Shown here one piece after another: positions 7,848-18,135 of a stretch of DNA of 58,678 bases (the stretch's first letter is position 1; every line of letters begins with the position of its first letter). The translations under genes were made by a program, and so were the position numbers. The notes under the pieces were generated by a model, which saw nothing but the letters and a program-made list of their open reading frames with translations, was not told the origin of the DNA and ran no database searches. The DNA comes from an uncultured Lentimicrobiaceae bacterium (GTDB lineage Bacteria; Bacteroidota; Bacteroidia; Bacteroidales; F082), in NCBI GenBank assembly GCA_964598065.1, contig CAZRAW010000001.1:1-58678 (forward strand), in the 5' to 3' direction.

Positions 7848-10800
7848 TTACTGCACTTTTATTTTGGTTCCCGATGAATGTGCGGCAAACGAAGGCAGGT
7901 ACAAACTCCGAATACGGGCAATACCACCGGAAAAAATGCCTTTTTGTGTAACAAGTAAGGGATATTCAAGCACAAAGGTGCCTTTTGGCAAATGTCTGAT
8001 AAAGAAGTCCGTAGCAACATCTTTCACTTCTTCGTAGTAACTCAGTCCGCCTTTTCTCTCGTAAGACGAAAGCAGTTTTTCGGGTTCAAAAGTCGCCGCC
8101 CGCATGTCCTGAACGTGTACATAATCCACGGCACGGTTAGTATGGATGAGCAGGCGAACCATCACACGATCACCAATCTGCAATGGTAGATTAGCCGAAA
8201 CATGTACCCATTTACCGCCATTTGTAGTGATAATTTCTTTAAAAAAAGTTTTTTTGATGGAAACATTCGTTGATTGTCGGCTCACTTTATCCATATTTTC
8301 AAAGTACTGCAGGTAAGCTGCGCCATAAGCCATTTCTTTGTTAGGGTTCCGTACTGAAATTTTTCCGAGTGCCGGGGTTATTTCAGATGCTGACCATACC
8401 TTTTTAATATAACCGCTCCCGGCTTCACGATGTAAACCTGATACGGACAACTTTTCACCGTTACCAAAGATAATCTCTACCGGTTTGGTTTCGGAAAGCC
8501 ATTTACTTCCATTCATAAGCAGCGCATACACTGCATCAGCCGTAGCTTTGGTTCCCGGCCACCGGTTAGCTTGTTTTTGCATCAGCAGCCATGTTTTCAT
8601 TTTGTCAGCCTGGCGTGTATCGTGCATCACCTCAACGAAAGCTTTCATAATGTTCACTTCTGTGGAGATGGCAGACGTGTTGGCATAAAAACGGTTTTCG
8701 TTTCGCCAGTACATGCCGTTTTCTTTGTTTAGCAACGATTTCTCGGTAAGCGCCCGGATAATGGCTTCCGCCTGATTTGTCCAGCCCACTCTGTTCAGCG
8801 TCATGGCCGAAAGAGCCTGCAGATTGTTATCTAATTTTGGCCAGTATTGTTTTATTTGTTCGCTAAAGTAATCAAACGCTTTCCGGGCATCAGAATTTAA
8901 GGGAACCGTAGTTAAAAATACCGAACGAAGGTAGCAATAGTGTATCCGGCCGGAAGTTAAATGATTTTTATTGATGGTTTTAGGATATTTTTTCTTTATC
9001 TTACCGTACTCGTCAACCATTTTCTTATCAAGAAAACGAAGGCCTTTCTGCAACATGGTTTTCAATGCCGGGTTGCGGTTCAGATCAACGGCCTTCATTT
9101 GAATAAGGTCGGCAAACCCCGACAAAATATTTTCGGTTGTAAAAAAATCAGCGGGCATGTCCGGAAACCATGGCCAGGCACCGGAAGGTTTTTGGACGAT
9201 TTTAAGCCTGTTCAAAGCGGTCTGCTGCTGTCGCTGCATCTGATTTAAATCGAAAAACAGTGCTATCCGGCGTTTTTGCTCCGCTTCATTTTGGGCATCC
9301 AAAACCCAGGGTGTAGCCTGCAAAACAATATTCTTCAGCTCTTTGTCTTTTTGCAATGCCGACAGGAAAGCTTCGGGGCTGTGCCGTTTCCACTGTTGGA
9401 AAACCTGTTGAATCCGGGGATAAGTCTTCAGAAGTTTTCCCGCAAGGGCATGGGCATAAAACCGATAAAAAATATTTTCCGCACTTTCATACTGAGGTCT
9501 GCTCAAATAAGGCAATGCCTGTACGGCATACCAGACCGGATGCGAAGTAAAGGTGAGCGTATAACGGAAATTTTTCCGTGTTGCTGATTTATTATTGAGG
9601 AAGCTATGGAAAGAAAAAGTCCTTTTCCGGTTTCCGTTCACAAACATCGGCATACTCTCGGTTATCAGCTCGCGATTGCTCAGCACCGGAATCATACGCT
9701 CTTCGCCATCGGACACATCGCCGGAAACAGCTTTTATGCGGTAAGCAAGAAATTGAATATTCTGCGGAACATGAATCAGCCAGGATACCAGCGCATTTTT
9801 CCCCGGTAGCATCACCACATGCCGTTCCTCTGTTTTTCCGGATAAAAAAGGATTTAGTTTTTTTCCGTTTTCAGGATTAAAAAATTCAATGTTTACCTTT
9901 ACGGGAAGTGTCTTGTCCGATAAATTTGACAGACGTGCCGTGAAAGTCAGCCGGTCGCCCTGACGCACAAAACGTGGTAAATTCGGGATAACCATGAGTG
10001 CTTTCCGGGCAGTAAATTTCCGGACAAAACTACCGGTTTTCATATCCTTTGTGTAAGCCAGGGCCATAAATTTCCATTGTGTCAGCGCATCGGGTGTTGT
10101 AAAATTAATCCGGATTCTACCGGTGCTGTCTGTTACCAAATCAGGATAGAAAAAGGCGGTTTCATTAAAATTGGTGCGCAAGGGCACGGGTAAGTTTTTC
10201 TTTTTGGCAGGCAAAGAGAATGACGCTGTCAGAGCGGATTTTTCTTTTTCCGCAGACCGGCCTTCCATTGGATTTGCCTTATTTGCAACAGTTTGGATTT
10301 CTCTTTCAGGACTTTCAAACGCATAAGAAACAATTTCTTCCGTTGAGAATACAGGATATCCAAACCAGTTAATACGTGGATAATGAAGCGTTGTCTTTGA
10401 AAGCATTTTTGTTTGTTCGCTGAACAACGTGCGGTTATAGCCGATATTAAACAGATAAGAACGCCAGGCTGCTCCTGCCGCTTTGCTATGGTAAGGAAAC
10501 ATTTTCCACCGGTTGGCGGCATAAATATCTAACGAGGCATCATACATTCCGGCCAGCAAAAAGGCAGGCTGATTTTTTCCGGATGCTGATTTTATTTGAA
10601 TCGTCCACTGCTCTTTCCCTCCTGGCTTCAGAAAATTACGGTTCGTTTGCAGGCTTATGGTTAGTTTTTTATTGGTAAACGGTACTTTGACCGTCTGTGA
10701 CCACGAGAAATACCGGTTGTTGTGTACGGCCCACAGGCGAACAACAAAGTTACCACGGAAAGAGGTGCCGACCGGAATTTCCAGTTTCATCACTCTTTTG

Positions 10801-13800
10801 CCTGGCGAAAGCCATTGACGCTGTACCACTTCACGGCCATTGAGTACTTCGTAAAGTATACGTATGTTTCCGGTGGCCGAACCAACACGCAGTTGCAAAA
10901 CATCCCCAGGCTCAGCCCGGTCAGCAGACAGATTGTGCCAGAAGATGTCCTTCACAGGTAGTTTCGTCGAGCGTTCCGATGTGAGCGTAAAGAATTTCCG
11001 TACCGATACTTCCGGCTGTCCTTTTGCCATAGCAACTATGAGATACTCACCTGGTTTCAGCCTTTTCAGTTTTTTGGTAAATACCTGCGTGTTTCCGTTT
11101 ACCCTAACTTCCTCCGAGGTTACCAGCGTTTGTTTCCAGTGGTTTTTGTCATCCTCGTTGTGATAAGCCAAATGAGGGAAATTTTGCGTAAAATAATCTT
11201 TGGCTACAAGTACCGTATCCGGTTTTGGCCACAAGCGTTTTAGTATAAATTTATCCGGAGTCGTTAATTTATAAAGTGCCACCTGTACACTCGCCGGCAC
11301 TTCTGCACCCGACAGGTTTTTGGTTATTATTTTTATTCCGTGGGATTGTTCGCGTATCACATTTTGCGGCATTCGGAGTTTCAACAGCAGGGCCAATCGC
11401 GAAAGCCGGATATCCTGCGTGGCCACATGCGTCTCGCCGCTGGCATCGGTAACCTCCACATGCAGAATAAAGCGATAAACGGGATAGAAATTACCGGATA
11501 TGTTTTTATCGGCCAGTGCTTTAAAGGTAATTTGGAAATGACCAACGCTGTCAGTACGGACTATTCCGCCGGCAACCTCCACATTGTCCGGCTGTCCCGG
11601 ATACCGGCTCCGATAATAAAAAAAGGGAAAATAACTTTCCCGTTTCACCGTGTATTTCACCTGCAAATTGTCTGCCATGCCACCAAAATAATAAGCCACT
11701 TTCCCGGCAAGCGTTACCTCGTCATTCAGGGCATAAGCTTTTTTCAGTGTATCGAAAACCACATGAAAAGCCGGTCGCTTGTAATTTTCCATTCGTATGC
11801 TAACCATTCCTGTGGCTGTTTTAATCATAAAGCGTCCGTTTAGTGCCACGTCGGGCAAGACAAACGAACCGCTGACAGAACCCGAAGCGTCGCTCACAAG
11901 CCGTTGTTCATCCAGCTTTTTATACTGTGCGTTCAGCAACTGCACATCCTGTTTCACACCGGCTTTTACGTGGGCATCATTGCCTTTTGATTCCACTACA
12001 ACTCCTTTAAAATAAACCGTTTGTCCGGGACGATAAATGGCACGATCGGTAAAAAGATAGGTATGCAGTACAGATTTTTCTGCGTAAAGCGACCCGTAAA
12101 AACGGGCAAACGTGTTGACGAAAGTGGTGTCTGTTCCTTTGTAAGCTTTCAGAATAAAGCCATTGAATTTACGGTCGTTTTTCAGCGGGATTTGAAGAAA
12201 GCCATCGGTATTCGATAAATATTTGCCGAGCGGCGTTATCCGCTGTTCCCGCGCGCGGTAATTGTATGAACGGCCAAAAACCTTAATGGTAGCGTTGGAA
12301 ACAGGGGTTCCATCGGCTCTGTCGAGAAGGTAAATATCCAACGCCTGTGCATTGTTGTTTTTTCGCGAAAGCAAAGTTAACTGCGTAACCTGAATTTGCT
12401 GATAAAGCACCGTGCTTTCTTTGGAAAAACCGGGATTGTCCGAAACGAAAATCACATACGTCCCCAAAGGAAGTGCCGGCATGGCAATTTCCGCCGTGTG
12501 TATCCGGTGGTCGGCAGCAAACGGAAACGACTGTTCCCAATTTTTAAAAGCGGGTTTTTTCAGAAAGCTTTTCAATTGGCGTTTTAAATTCTCACCGGTG
12601 ACCGGATTTTCAATATCAGGTGAAATTTTTGCCACGCGAAAATAAAGTTTGGCACTGTTTTTATAAGTTACCAGGGAAAGAAACGGCTTGTCAGGTAATA
12701 ACGCCTGTTGCAATTTTATTCGGAAATCCGGTTTGTTAATCAGCGTAATGATGTTTTTACAATTGTTGGCAAAAGGTGCCGTAGGAAAAGCTTTCAACGC
12801 TTTTTTACAGGTCTCTTCCGCTTTTATCAGATAGTTTACCGGACTTTTGTTGTACGAAGAAAGCGACCGGTAAGTCTGTGCAAGCCGGTCGGCAATGCGG
12901 ACGGAGACCTCCCGGCTTTGAAACTGTTGCAGCAGTCTCTCCAACGCATGAGAGTATGCCATGACGTTGGCATAAGTATCCGGCAGTTGCGAATTCACAA
13001 AATCCAGCCGTTTTAAATCGGCATTCACAAAGGCTTCCGGATAATTTTGTTCTTTGTGCAAACGCAGCAAGTGTTGAAAAAGAATAAGCACTTTACCCGT
13101 TGACGCTATGCTGTCGCCCGGAAAATTCATTTTTAAAAAGTCGTTTACCGGCGCAAACAGGCTTGTATCGACAGCTGCCGGATTTTTAACAACTATCAGA
13201 CGGGCATCGCCCGAAGAAAAATAATCTATTGCCCTGTTTGCCAGCAGGTCGTAAAGGGTCGGCCATAGCCGGGAAGCGCTGCTGTCATTTTGCAAGATGG
13301 CGGAAAAATCGGACAGATGTATTTTGCTTAAAGCATCGGGAGATGATACGGAAGCAAGATAAGCCTGCGTGATTTTCCGGTTCCATTGCCGTGCGTCCAT
13401 TATTTCCAAAGTGGTAGCACCCGTGATGGCGGATGTTTTCCTGTTCAGAATTTCGTTGAAATGGCTGTCGAAATATCCCTGATATAACTGTCCGAGCAGA
13501 GAACCGAGCAACTGCTTTTCCACCGGCGGGGCAGTTTGCCGTTCTTCCTCAAAAAGGCGAATGCTTTTCAGCCGGAAATCTTCCTGAAAAGTGCTTTGCA
13601 GGCTAATGCGGTAAATCAGGGTTTTCAGCACCTCGCTTTCGTTACCTTCGGCTTTGGCTTTGGTGTAAATCCGGTTTACTATTTTTAAAGCGGATTTCGG
13701 GAGATCTTTTTTAGAAAATTGCTGAACTTTTGCCCAGAGGGTTTTATAATTTTCAGGTTTTGTCTGGTTTTGCCATGAAACAAGCAGTATTAACAAAAAG

Positions 13801-13832
13801 ATACCCGCCAAACTTATCCATTGTTTTTTCAT
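7848..13832 (-). CDS. Alpha-2-macroglobulin family (MG2 domain) protein
   Basis: Motifs FTDRAIYRPGQTVYFK, YKRPAF, LRTNFNETAFFYP, PDALTQWK, PRFVRQGD and GAWPWF. ATG 13832 preferred because a -7 box (TATATTTG, 13869-13876) overlaps the track start. Confidence 0.93.
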   Translation of the reverse strand: MKKQWISLAGIFLLILLVSWQNQTKPENYKTLWAKVQQFSKKDLPKSALKIVNRIYTKAKAEGNESEVLKTLIYRISLQSTFQEDFRLKSIRLFEEERQTAPPVEKQLLGSLLGQLYQGYFDSHFNEILNRKTSAITGATTLEIMDARQWNRKITQAYLASVSSPDALSKIHLSDFSAILQNDSSASRLWPTLYDLLANRAIDYFSSGDARLIVVKNPAAVDTSLFAPVNDFLKMNFPGDSIASTGKVLILFQHLLRLHKEQNYPEAFVNADLKRLDFVNSQLPDTYANVMAYSHALERLLQQFQSREVSVRIADRLAQTYRSLSSYNKSPVNYLIKAEETCKKALKAFPTAPFANNCKNIITLINKPDFRIKLQQALLPDKPFLSLVTYKNSAKLYFRVAKISPDIENPVTGENLKRQLKSFLKKPAFKNWEQSFPFAADHRIHTAEIAMPALPLGTYVIFVSDNPGFSKESTVLYQQIQVTQLTLLSRKNNNAQALDIYLLDRADGTPVSNATIKVFGRSYNYRAREQRITPLGKYLSNTDGFLQIPLKNDRKFNGFILKAYKGTDTTFVNTFARFYGSLYAEKSVLHTYLFTDRAIYRPGQTVYFKGVVVESKGNDAHVKAGVKQDVQLLNAQYKKLDEQRLVSDASGSVSGSFVLPDVALNGRFMIKTATGMVSIRMENYKRPAFHVVFDTLKKAYALNDEVTLAGKVAYYFGGMADNLQVKYTVKRESYFPFFYYRSRYPGQPDNVEVAGGIVRTDSVGHFQITFKALADKNISGNFYPVYRFILHVEVTDASGETHVATQDIRLSRLALLLKLRMPQNVIREQSHGIKIITKNLSGAEVPASVQVALYKLTTPDKFILKRLWPKPDTVLVAKDYFTQNFPHLAYHNEDDKNHWKQTLVTSEEVRVNGNTQVFTKKLKRLKPGEYLIVAMAKGQPEVSVRKFFTLTSERSTKLPVKDIFWHNLSADRAEPGDVLQLRVGSATGNIRILYEVLNGREVVQRQWLSPGKRVMKLEIPVGTSFRGNFVVRLWAVHNNRYFSWSQTVKVPFTNKKLTISLQTNRNFLKPGGKEQWTIQIKSASGKNQPAFLLAGMYDASLDIYAANRWKMFPYHSKAAGAAWRSYLFNIGYNRTLFSEQTKMLSKTTLHYPRINWFGYPVFSTEEIVSYAFESPEREIQTVANKANPMEGRSAEKEKSALTASFSLPAKKKNLPVPLRTNFNETAFFYPDLVTDSTGRIRINFTTPDALTQWKFMALAYTKDMKTGSFVRKFTARKALMVIPNLPRFVRQGDRLTFTARLSNLSDKTLPVKVNIEFFNPENGKKLNPFLSGKTEERHVVMLPGKNALVSWLIHVPQNIQFLAYRIKAVSGDVSDGEERMIPVLSNRELITESMPMFVNGNRKRTFSFHSFLNNKSATRKNFRYTLTFTSHPVWYAVQALPYLSRPQYESAENIFYRFYAHALAGKLLKTYPRIQQVFQQWKRHSPEAFLSALQKDKELKNIVLQATPWVLDAQNEAEQKRRIALFFDLNQMQRQQQTALNRLKIVQKPSGAWPWFPDMPADFFTTENILSGFADLIQMKAVDLNRNPALKTMLQKGLRFLDKKMVDEYGKIKKKYPKTINKNHLTSGRIHYCYLRSVFLTTVPLNSDARKAFDYFSEQIKQYWPKLDNNLQALSAMTLNRVGWTNQAEAIIRALTEKSLLNKENGMYWRNENRFYANTSAISTEVNIMKAFVEVMHDTRQADKMKTWLLMQKQANRWPGTKATADAVYALLMNGSKWLSETKPVEIIFGNGEKLSVSGLHREAGSGYIKKVWSASEITPALGKISVRNPNKEMAYGAAYLQYFENMDKVSRQSTNVSIKKTFFKEIITTNGGKWVHVSANLPLQIGDRVMVRLLIHTNRAVDYVHVQDMRAATFEPEKLLSSYERKGGLSYYEEVKDVATDFFIRHLPKGTFVLEYPLLVTQKGIFSGGIARIRSLYLPSFAAHSSGTKIKVQ

Positions 13833-13961
13833 CGTAAAGAAGATTACTTTCGGAAACTTGATTTTCAGCAAATATAATGCCGTTTTGCGGGAAATGCAAA
13901 AACGAAAGGTTGAGGCACGCGAAACATTCGCGCGCCAGTGGGGCTTCTTCGTTTCTTACGC

Positions 13962-14130
13962 ACAAGCCTGCACAAGGCTCATCGCAATGACGGGCATAAT
14001 TACAAAGTCCCGTCTTTGCGAGGCTGCAGAGTAGGCTTGTAAAGCAACCATAATCCCAATAAGTTTCTATAAAAGATAATAGCCTTACAGCCGAAGCAAT
14101 CTCCGTAGGGGTCGTGAATAAAACAGATTG
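13962..14130. repeat. REP-like palindromic repeat cluster
   Basis: TCGCAATGACGGG/CCCGTCTTTGCGA arms (13982-14021) nested in ACAAGCCTGC/GTAGGCTTGT, followed by GCCGAAGCAATCT...AGATTG. Confidence 0.6.
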
Positions 14131-14161
14131 TCTTGCCCGAGACGATGGCAATCTTTATATC

Positions 14162-15052
14162 CTATCCTTTCAAAGCTTCCGCACCACTGACAATTTCCAG
14201 AATTTCGTTGGTAATGGCAGCCTGGCGGGCTTTGTTATAAGTCAGTTTCAAATCTTTTAGAAGTTCCGTAGCGTTGTCGGTGGCCTGATGCATGGCTGTC
14301 ATCCGGGCGCCGTGTTCGGCAGCAAAACTATCGAGTAAAGCTTTATAAAATTGTATTTTTAATGATTTGGGAATCAGTTCGGTGATGATTTCTTTTTTGC
14401 CAGGCTCAAAAATATAATCCACATGTTTGTGCTCTTTCTGTGTGGTTTCATCCCCGGCGGATTCAATAATCGGAAGAAACTGTTCGGTTTGCAGCACCTG
14501 AACGGCAGCATTTTTGAACTGGTTGTAAACCAGGATGATTTTGTCATATTTGCCTTCAGCATATTCCTGCATCAGCTTTTCGGCAAGCGGGACAACGTTT
14601 TCAAAATTCAGCTTATCGAAAATAGCGGTTTCTTTCTCTTTTATCTCATAGCCTCTGGATTTTAAAATATCAGCGCCTTTCTTCCCCACACACACAAAGC
14701 CAATATTTCCTTTTTTCCGTTGTGACGAAAACTGCTCCTCCATCTGCCTGACGGCCTCTTTTACCACATTCACGTTAAAAGCGCCACACAAACCGCGGTT
14801 GGAAGTAATCGTTACGAAAAGTACTTTTTCAGGCTGACGGGCGGTAGTAAAAACGTTCTCGTTTGAATCCTCAAGGCTGGCGCTCAAATCCTGCATAATC
14901 TCCTGTAACTTCGCTGCATAAGGCCTCATGGTAGTAACTGCATTTTGCGCTTTACGCAATTTGGCAGCAGCCACCATTTTCATGGCGCTGGTAATCTGCA
15001 TGGTCGATTTTACAGAAGTTATTCTTGTCCGGACTTCTTTTAAGTTAGCCAT
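14162..15052 (-). CDS. atpG: ATP synthase F1 subunit gamma
   Basis: QITSAMKMVAAAK, RGLCGAFN, EHGARMTAM, RQAAITNEILEI. Confidence 0.98.
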   Translation of the reverse strand: MANLKEVRTRITSVKSTMQITSAMKMVAAAKLRKAQNAVTTMRPYAAKLQEIMQDLSASLEDSNENVFTTARQPEKVLFVTITSNRGLCGAFNVNVVKEAVRQMEEQFSSQRKKGNIGFVCVGKKGADILKSRGYEIKEKETAIFDKLNFENVVPLAEKLMQEYAEGKYDKIILVYNQFKNAAVQVLQTEQFLPIIESAGDETTQKEHKHVDYIFEPGKKEIITELIPKSLKIQFYKALLDSFAAEHGARMTAMHQATDNATELLKDLKLTYNKARQAAITNEILEIVSGAEALKG

Positions 15053-15072
15053 AATACTTTTTCAGATTAAGA

Positions 15073-16656
15073 TTACTTTTTATAGCGCCCCGCAATACCG
15101 GCAGCTACCTTTTTCATGGTTTCGATAGCTTTGTCAGTCAGTTTCCCTTGTTGCAGTTCAGTCAGTATATCGCTGTGTTTGTCGTGTATAATCGCCAGAT
15201 AGTTTTCCTGGAAATCGTGTATTTTTTCGATGGGAACATCCCGCAACAGGTTATTGGTACCGCAGAAGAGAATGGCAATCTGGTCTTCCACCTTCATGGG
15301 AGAATACTGGAGCTGTTTAAGAATCTCCACGTTGCGACGACCTTTTTCCAAAACGTTGAGTGTAGCAGCATCGAGGTCGGAACCAAATTTGGAAAAGGCT
15401 TCCAGTTCACGAAACTGTGCCTGGTCGAGTTTCAGTGTGCCGGCAACTTTTTTCATGGATTTAATTTGTGCCGAACCACCCACACGCGATACGGAAATAC
15501 CCACATTAATGGCGGGACGGATACCGGCATTAAACAGGCTGGTTTCTAAGAAAATCTGACCGTCGGTAATAGAAATTACATTCGTCGGGATATATGCAGA
15601 AACGTCGCCTGCCTGTGTCTCAATGATAGGCAAAGCGGTGAGGGAGCCGCCTCCTTTCACGAGATGTTTGATGCTTTCGGGAATGTTATTCATTTTTTCG
15701 GCAATCGCATCGGAGTCGATGATTTTAGCGGCGCGCTCCAGCAGGCGCGAGTGAAGATAAAACACATCGCCCGGATAAGCTTCACGTCCCGGAGGGCGAC
15801 GCAGCAGCAGTGATACTTCGCGGTAAGCCACAGCCTGTTTTGAAAGGTCGTCATACACAATCAAAGCCGGCCGTCCGGTGTCGCGGAAGAACTCACCAAT
15901 GGCAGCTCCGGCAAAAGGGGCATAAAACTGCATGGCTGCCGGGTCGGAAGCCGTTGCCGAGACAATCACCGTATAAGCCATAGCACCATGCTCTTCGAGT
16001 GTTTTCTGAATTTGTGCTACCGTAGAACCTTTTTGTCCGGAGGCAACATAAATACAATAAACAGGTTCTCCTTTTTTATAAAACTCTTTCTGGTTGATGA
16101 TGGTATCAATGGCAATAGCTGTTTTTCCGGTCTGACGATCGCCGATAATCAGCTCACGCTGACCGCGGCCAATGGGAATCATGGCATCGATGGCTTTGAT
16201 ACCGGTTTGCAGCGGCTCGTTTACAGGCTGGCGATAAATAACGCCGGGCGCTTTACGTTCGAGCGGCATTTCAAAAAGTTCGCCTTCTACGGGGCCTTTG
16301 CCATCAATAGGCGCTCCAATGGTGTTGATTACACGGCCGAGAAGGCCTTCGCCCACCTCAATGGAAGCAATTCTTCCGGTGCGTTTCACTTTGTCGCCTT
16401 CGTTGATATCTTCGGCATCGCCGAGCAGCACAATACCTACATTATCTTCTTCAAGGTTTTGAACAAGCCCCATAAGACCGTTTCTCTCAAATTCGACCAA
16501 TTCGCCCTGCTCGACATTGGAAAGGCCGTAAACACGGGCAATTCCATCGCCAATCATAAGAACGGTTCCGATTTCTTCGAGTGTGGCTTCCGATTCAAAG
16601 CCTGCCAGTTCCCGTCGCAGTATAGCTGATATTTCAGCCGGTTTGATGTCTGCCAT
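15073..16656 (-). CDS. atpA: ATP synthase F1 subunit alpha
   Basis: GDGIARV, Walker [43 protein letters not shown]. Confidence 0.99.
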   Translation of the reverse strand: MADIKPAEISAILRRELAGFESEATLEEIGTVLMIGDGIARVYGLSNVEQGELVEFERNGLMGLVQNLEEDNVGIVLLGDAEDINEGDKVKRTGRIASIEVGEGLLGRVINTIGAPIDGKGPVEGELFEMPLERKAPGVIYRQPVNEPLQTGIKAIDAMIPIGRGQRELIIGDRQTGKTAIAIDTIINQKEFYKKGEPVYCIYVASGQKGSTVAQIQKTLEEHGAMAYTVIVSATASDPAAMQFYAPFAGAAIGEFFRDTGRPALIVYDDLSKQAVAYREVSLLLRRPPGREAYPGDVFYLHSRLLERAAKIIDSDAIAEKMNNIPESIKHLVKGGGSLTALPIIETQAGDVSAYIPTNVISITDGQIFLETSLFNAGIRPAINVGISVSRVGGSAQIKSMKKVAGTLKLDQAQFRELEAFSKFGSDLDAATLNVLEKGRRNVEILKQLQYSPMKVEDQIAILFCGTNNLLRDVPIEKIHDFQENYLAIIHDKHSDILTELQQGKLTDKAIETMKKVAAGIAGRYKK

Positions 16657-16699
16657 AATTTATGTTTTATCTTTATTTCTAATTAAAAATCCAGGTTAA

Positions 16700-17245
16700 T
16701 TATTTCAATTTATCGGCATAGTTTTTCCGCAGTCTCCTCAGCTGGGTAGCCACGCTGGCATCATACTGGTAATCTTCCAGCCGCACCACAAAGCCACCGA
16801 TAATATCTTCATTTACAATTTCTTTCAGTTCAATATCTTTATCTGTGATGGCTTTTAGCTTATTCACAATTAGTTTTCTGATTTTATCCTCTGACTTCAT
16901 GGCGGTGATAAGTTCGGCGCTAACCACGTTTTTATAGTTTTTATAAATATCTTCAAACGCCTGGCAAGTACTTTCGAGATAGATTTCGCGTCCTTTACGG
17001 ATAATAAGGTTAAAAAAGCGGAGACTCAGTTCTGTCAGTTTTCTTTCAAAAATCTTATTGAGAATTTTAATTTTTTTTGATCCAAGCAGTACAGGATTTG
17101 CCAGAACCCTCCTCAGCTCTCTGTTTTCGGCCAGGACACTTCCTACCAAACGCATATCTGCGGCGACTTTTTCTTCTATCTTGTTTTCAAGAGAAAGGTC
17201 GAAAAGAGCCTGTGCATATCTTTTTGCCAGAAGATTTACTCTCAT
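16700..17245 (-). CDS. atpH: ATP synthase F1 subunit delta
   Basis: AKRYAQALF, IIGGFVV...DAS; position between atpF and atpA. Confidence 0.96.
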   Translation of the reverse strand: MRVNLLAKRYAQALFDLSLENKIEEKVAADMRLVGSVLAENRELRRVLANPVLLGSKKIKILNKIFERKLTELSLRFFNLIIRKGREIYLESTCQAFEDIYKNYKNVVSAELITAMKSEDKIRKLIVNKLKAITDKDIELKEIVNEDIIGGFVVRLEDYQYDASVATQLRRLRKNYADKLK

Positions 17246-17257
17246 GATAAAAGTCTG

Positions 17258-17752
17258 TTAGTTTAAACTGGTTTCTTTTAAAAGCGTTTCAATATATTTC
17301 TTTTGTTTGCTTTTGTCTTTCAGCTCTTCTCTTAGAATTTTTTCAGCAATTTCGATGGAATATTCGGCAACGGTAGATTTAATTTCGCGCAAAGCGGCCA
17401 GTTTTTCGTTGTTAATTTTCTCTTTGGCGCTCTCCACGATTCCCAAAGCCTCCTTATCAGCTCTTTCTTTTGCTTCATCAATAATTTTATTTTTCATTTT
17501 TCGGGCTTCTGCAAGAACGGCATCACGTTCTTCCATAGCTTCTCTGAGCATCTTATCGTTGTCCACTTTCAGGCGTTTCATCTGCTCTTGTGCTTCTTTT
17601 GCCGAATCGAGCGCTTCCTGTATACTTTGCTCACGCTCTTTTAATCCTTTCAGGATAGCCGGCCAGGCAAATTTTCCAAGAATAAACAACACAATACTAA
17701 AAGCCACGGTCATCCAAAAAATAATACCTAATCCCGGATTAATTAATTGCAT
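17258..17752 (-). CDS. atpF: ATP synthase F0 subunit b
   Basis: N-terminal TM (PGLGIIFW...KFAWPAI) followed by a charged coiled coil. Confidence 0.97.
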   Translation of the reverse strand: MQLINPGLGIIFWMTVAFSIVLFILGKFAWPAILKGLKEREQSIQEALDSAKEAQEQMKRLKVDNDKMLREAMEERDAVLAEARKMKNKIIDEAKERADKEALGIVESAKEKINNEKLAALREIKSTVAEYSIEIAEKILREELKDKSKQKKYIETLLKETSLN

Positions 17753-17784
17753 AATGTATCTTTTTTGATTTGGTTTCTACTTTA

Positions 17785-17811
17785 AGCATCCCGGCCTACC
17801 ACCGGGATGCT
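17785..17811 (-). promoter_or_regulatory. Intergenic stem-loop between atpE and atpF
   Basis: AGCATCCCGG-cctacca-CCGGGATGCT, perfect 10-bp stem. Confidence 0.6.
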
Positions 17812-17838
17812 ATAAAATTTACGCTCGTTGCCGGTTGA

Positions 17839-18102
<264 letters not shown>

Positions 18103-18135
18103 TTATAATTTAGAGATGAATAAATAATTTTTAAA

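Noticed and set aside
13753-14151. 132-aa minus-strand ORF across the atpG downstream region
   Set aside because: Runs through the palindromic repeat and overlaps the alpha-2-macroglobulin start out of frame; composition is not protein-like.
15148-16629. Several plus-strand ORFs (up to 213 aa) opposite atpA, and similar ones opposite ileS, the alpha-2-macroglobulin and DUF5916 genes
   Set aside because: Antisense shadows fully overlapping well-supported genes.
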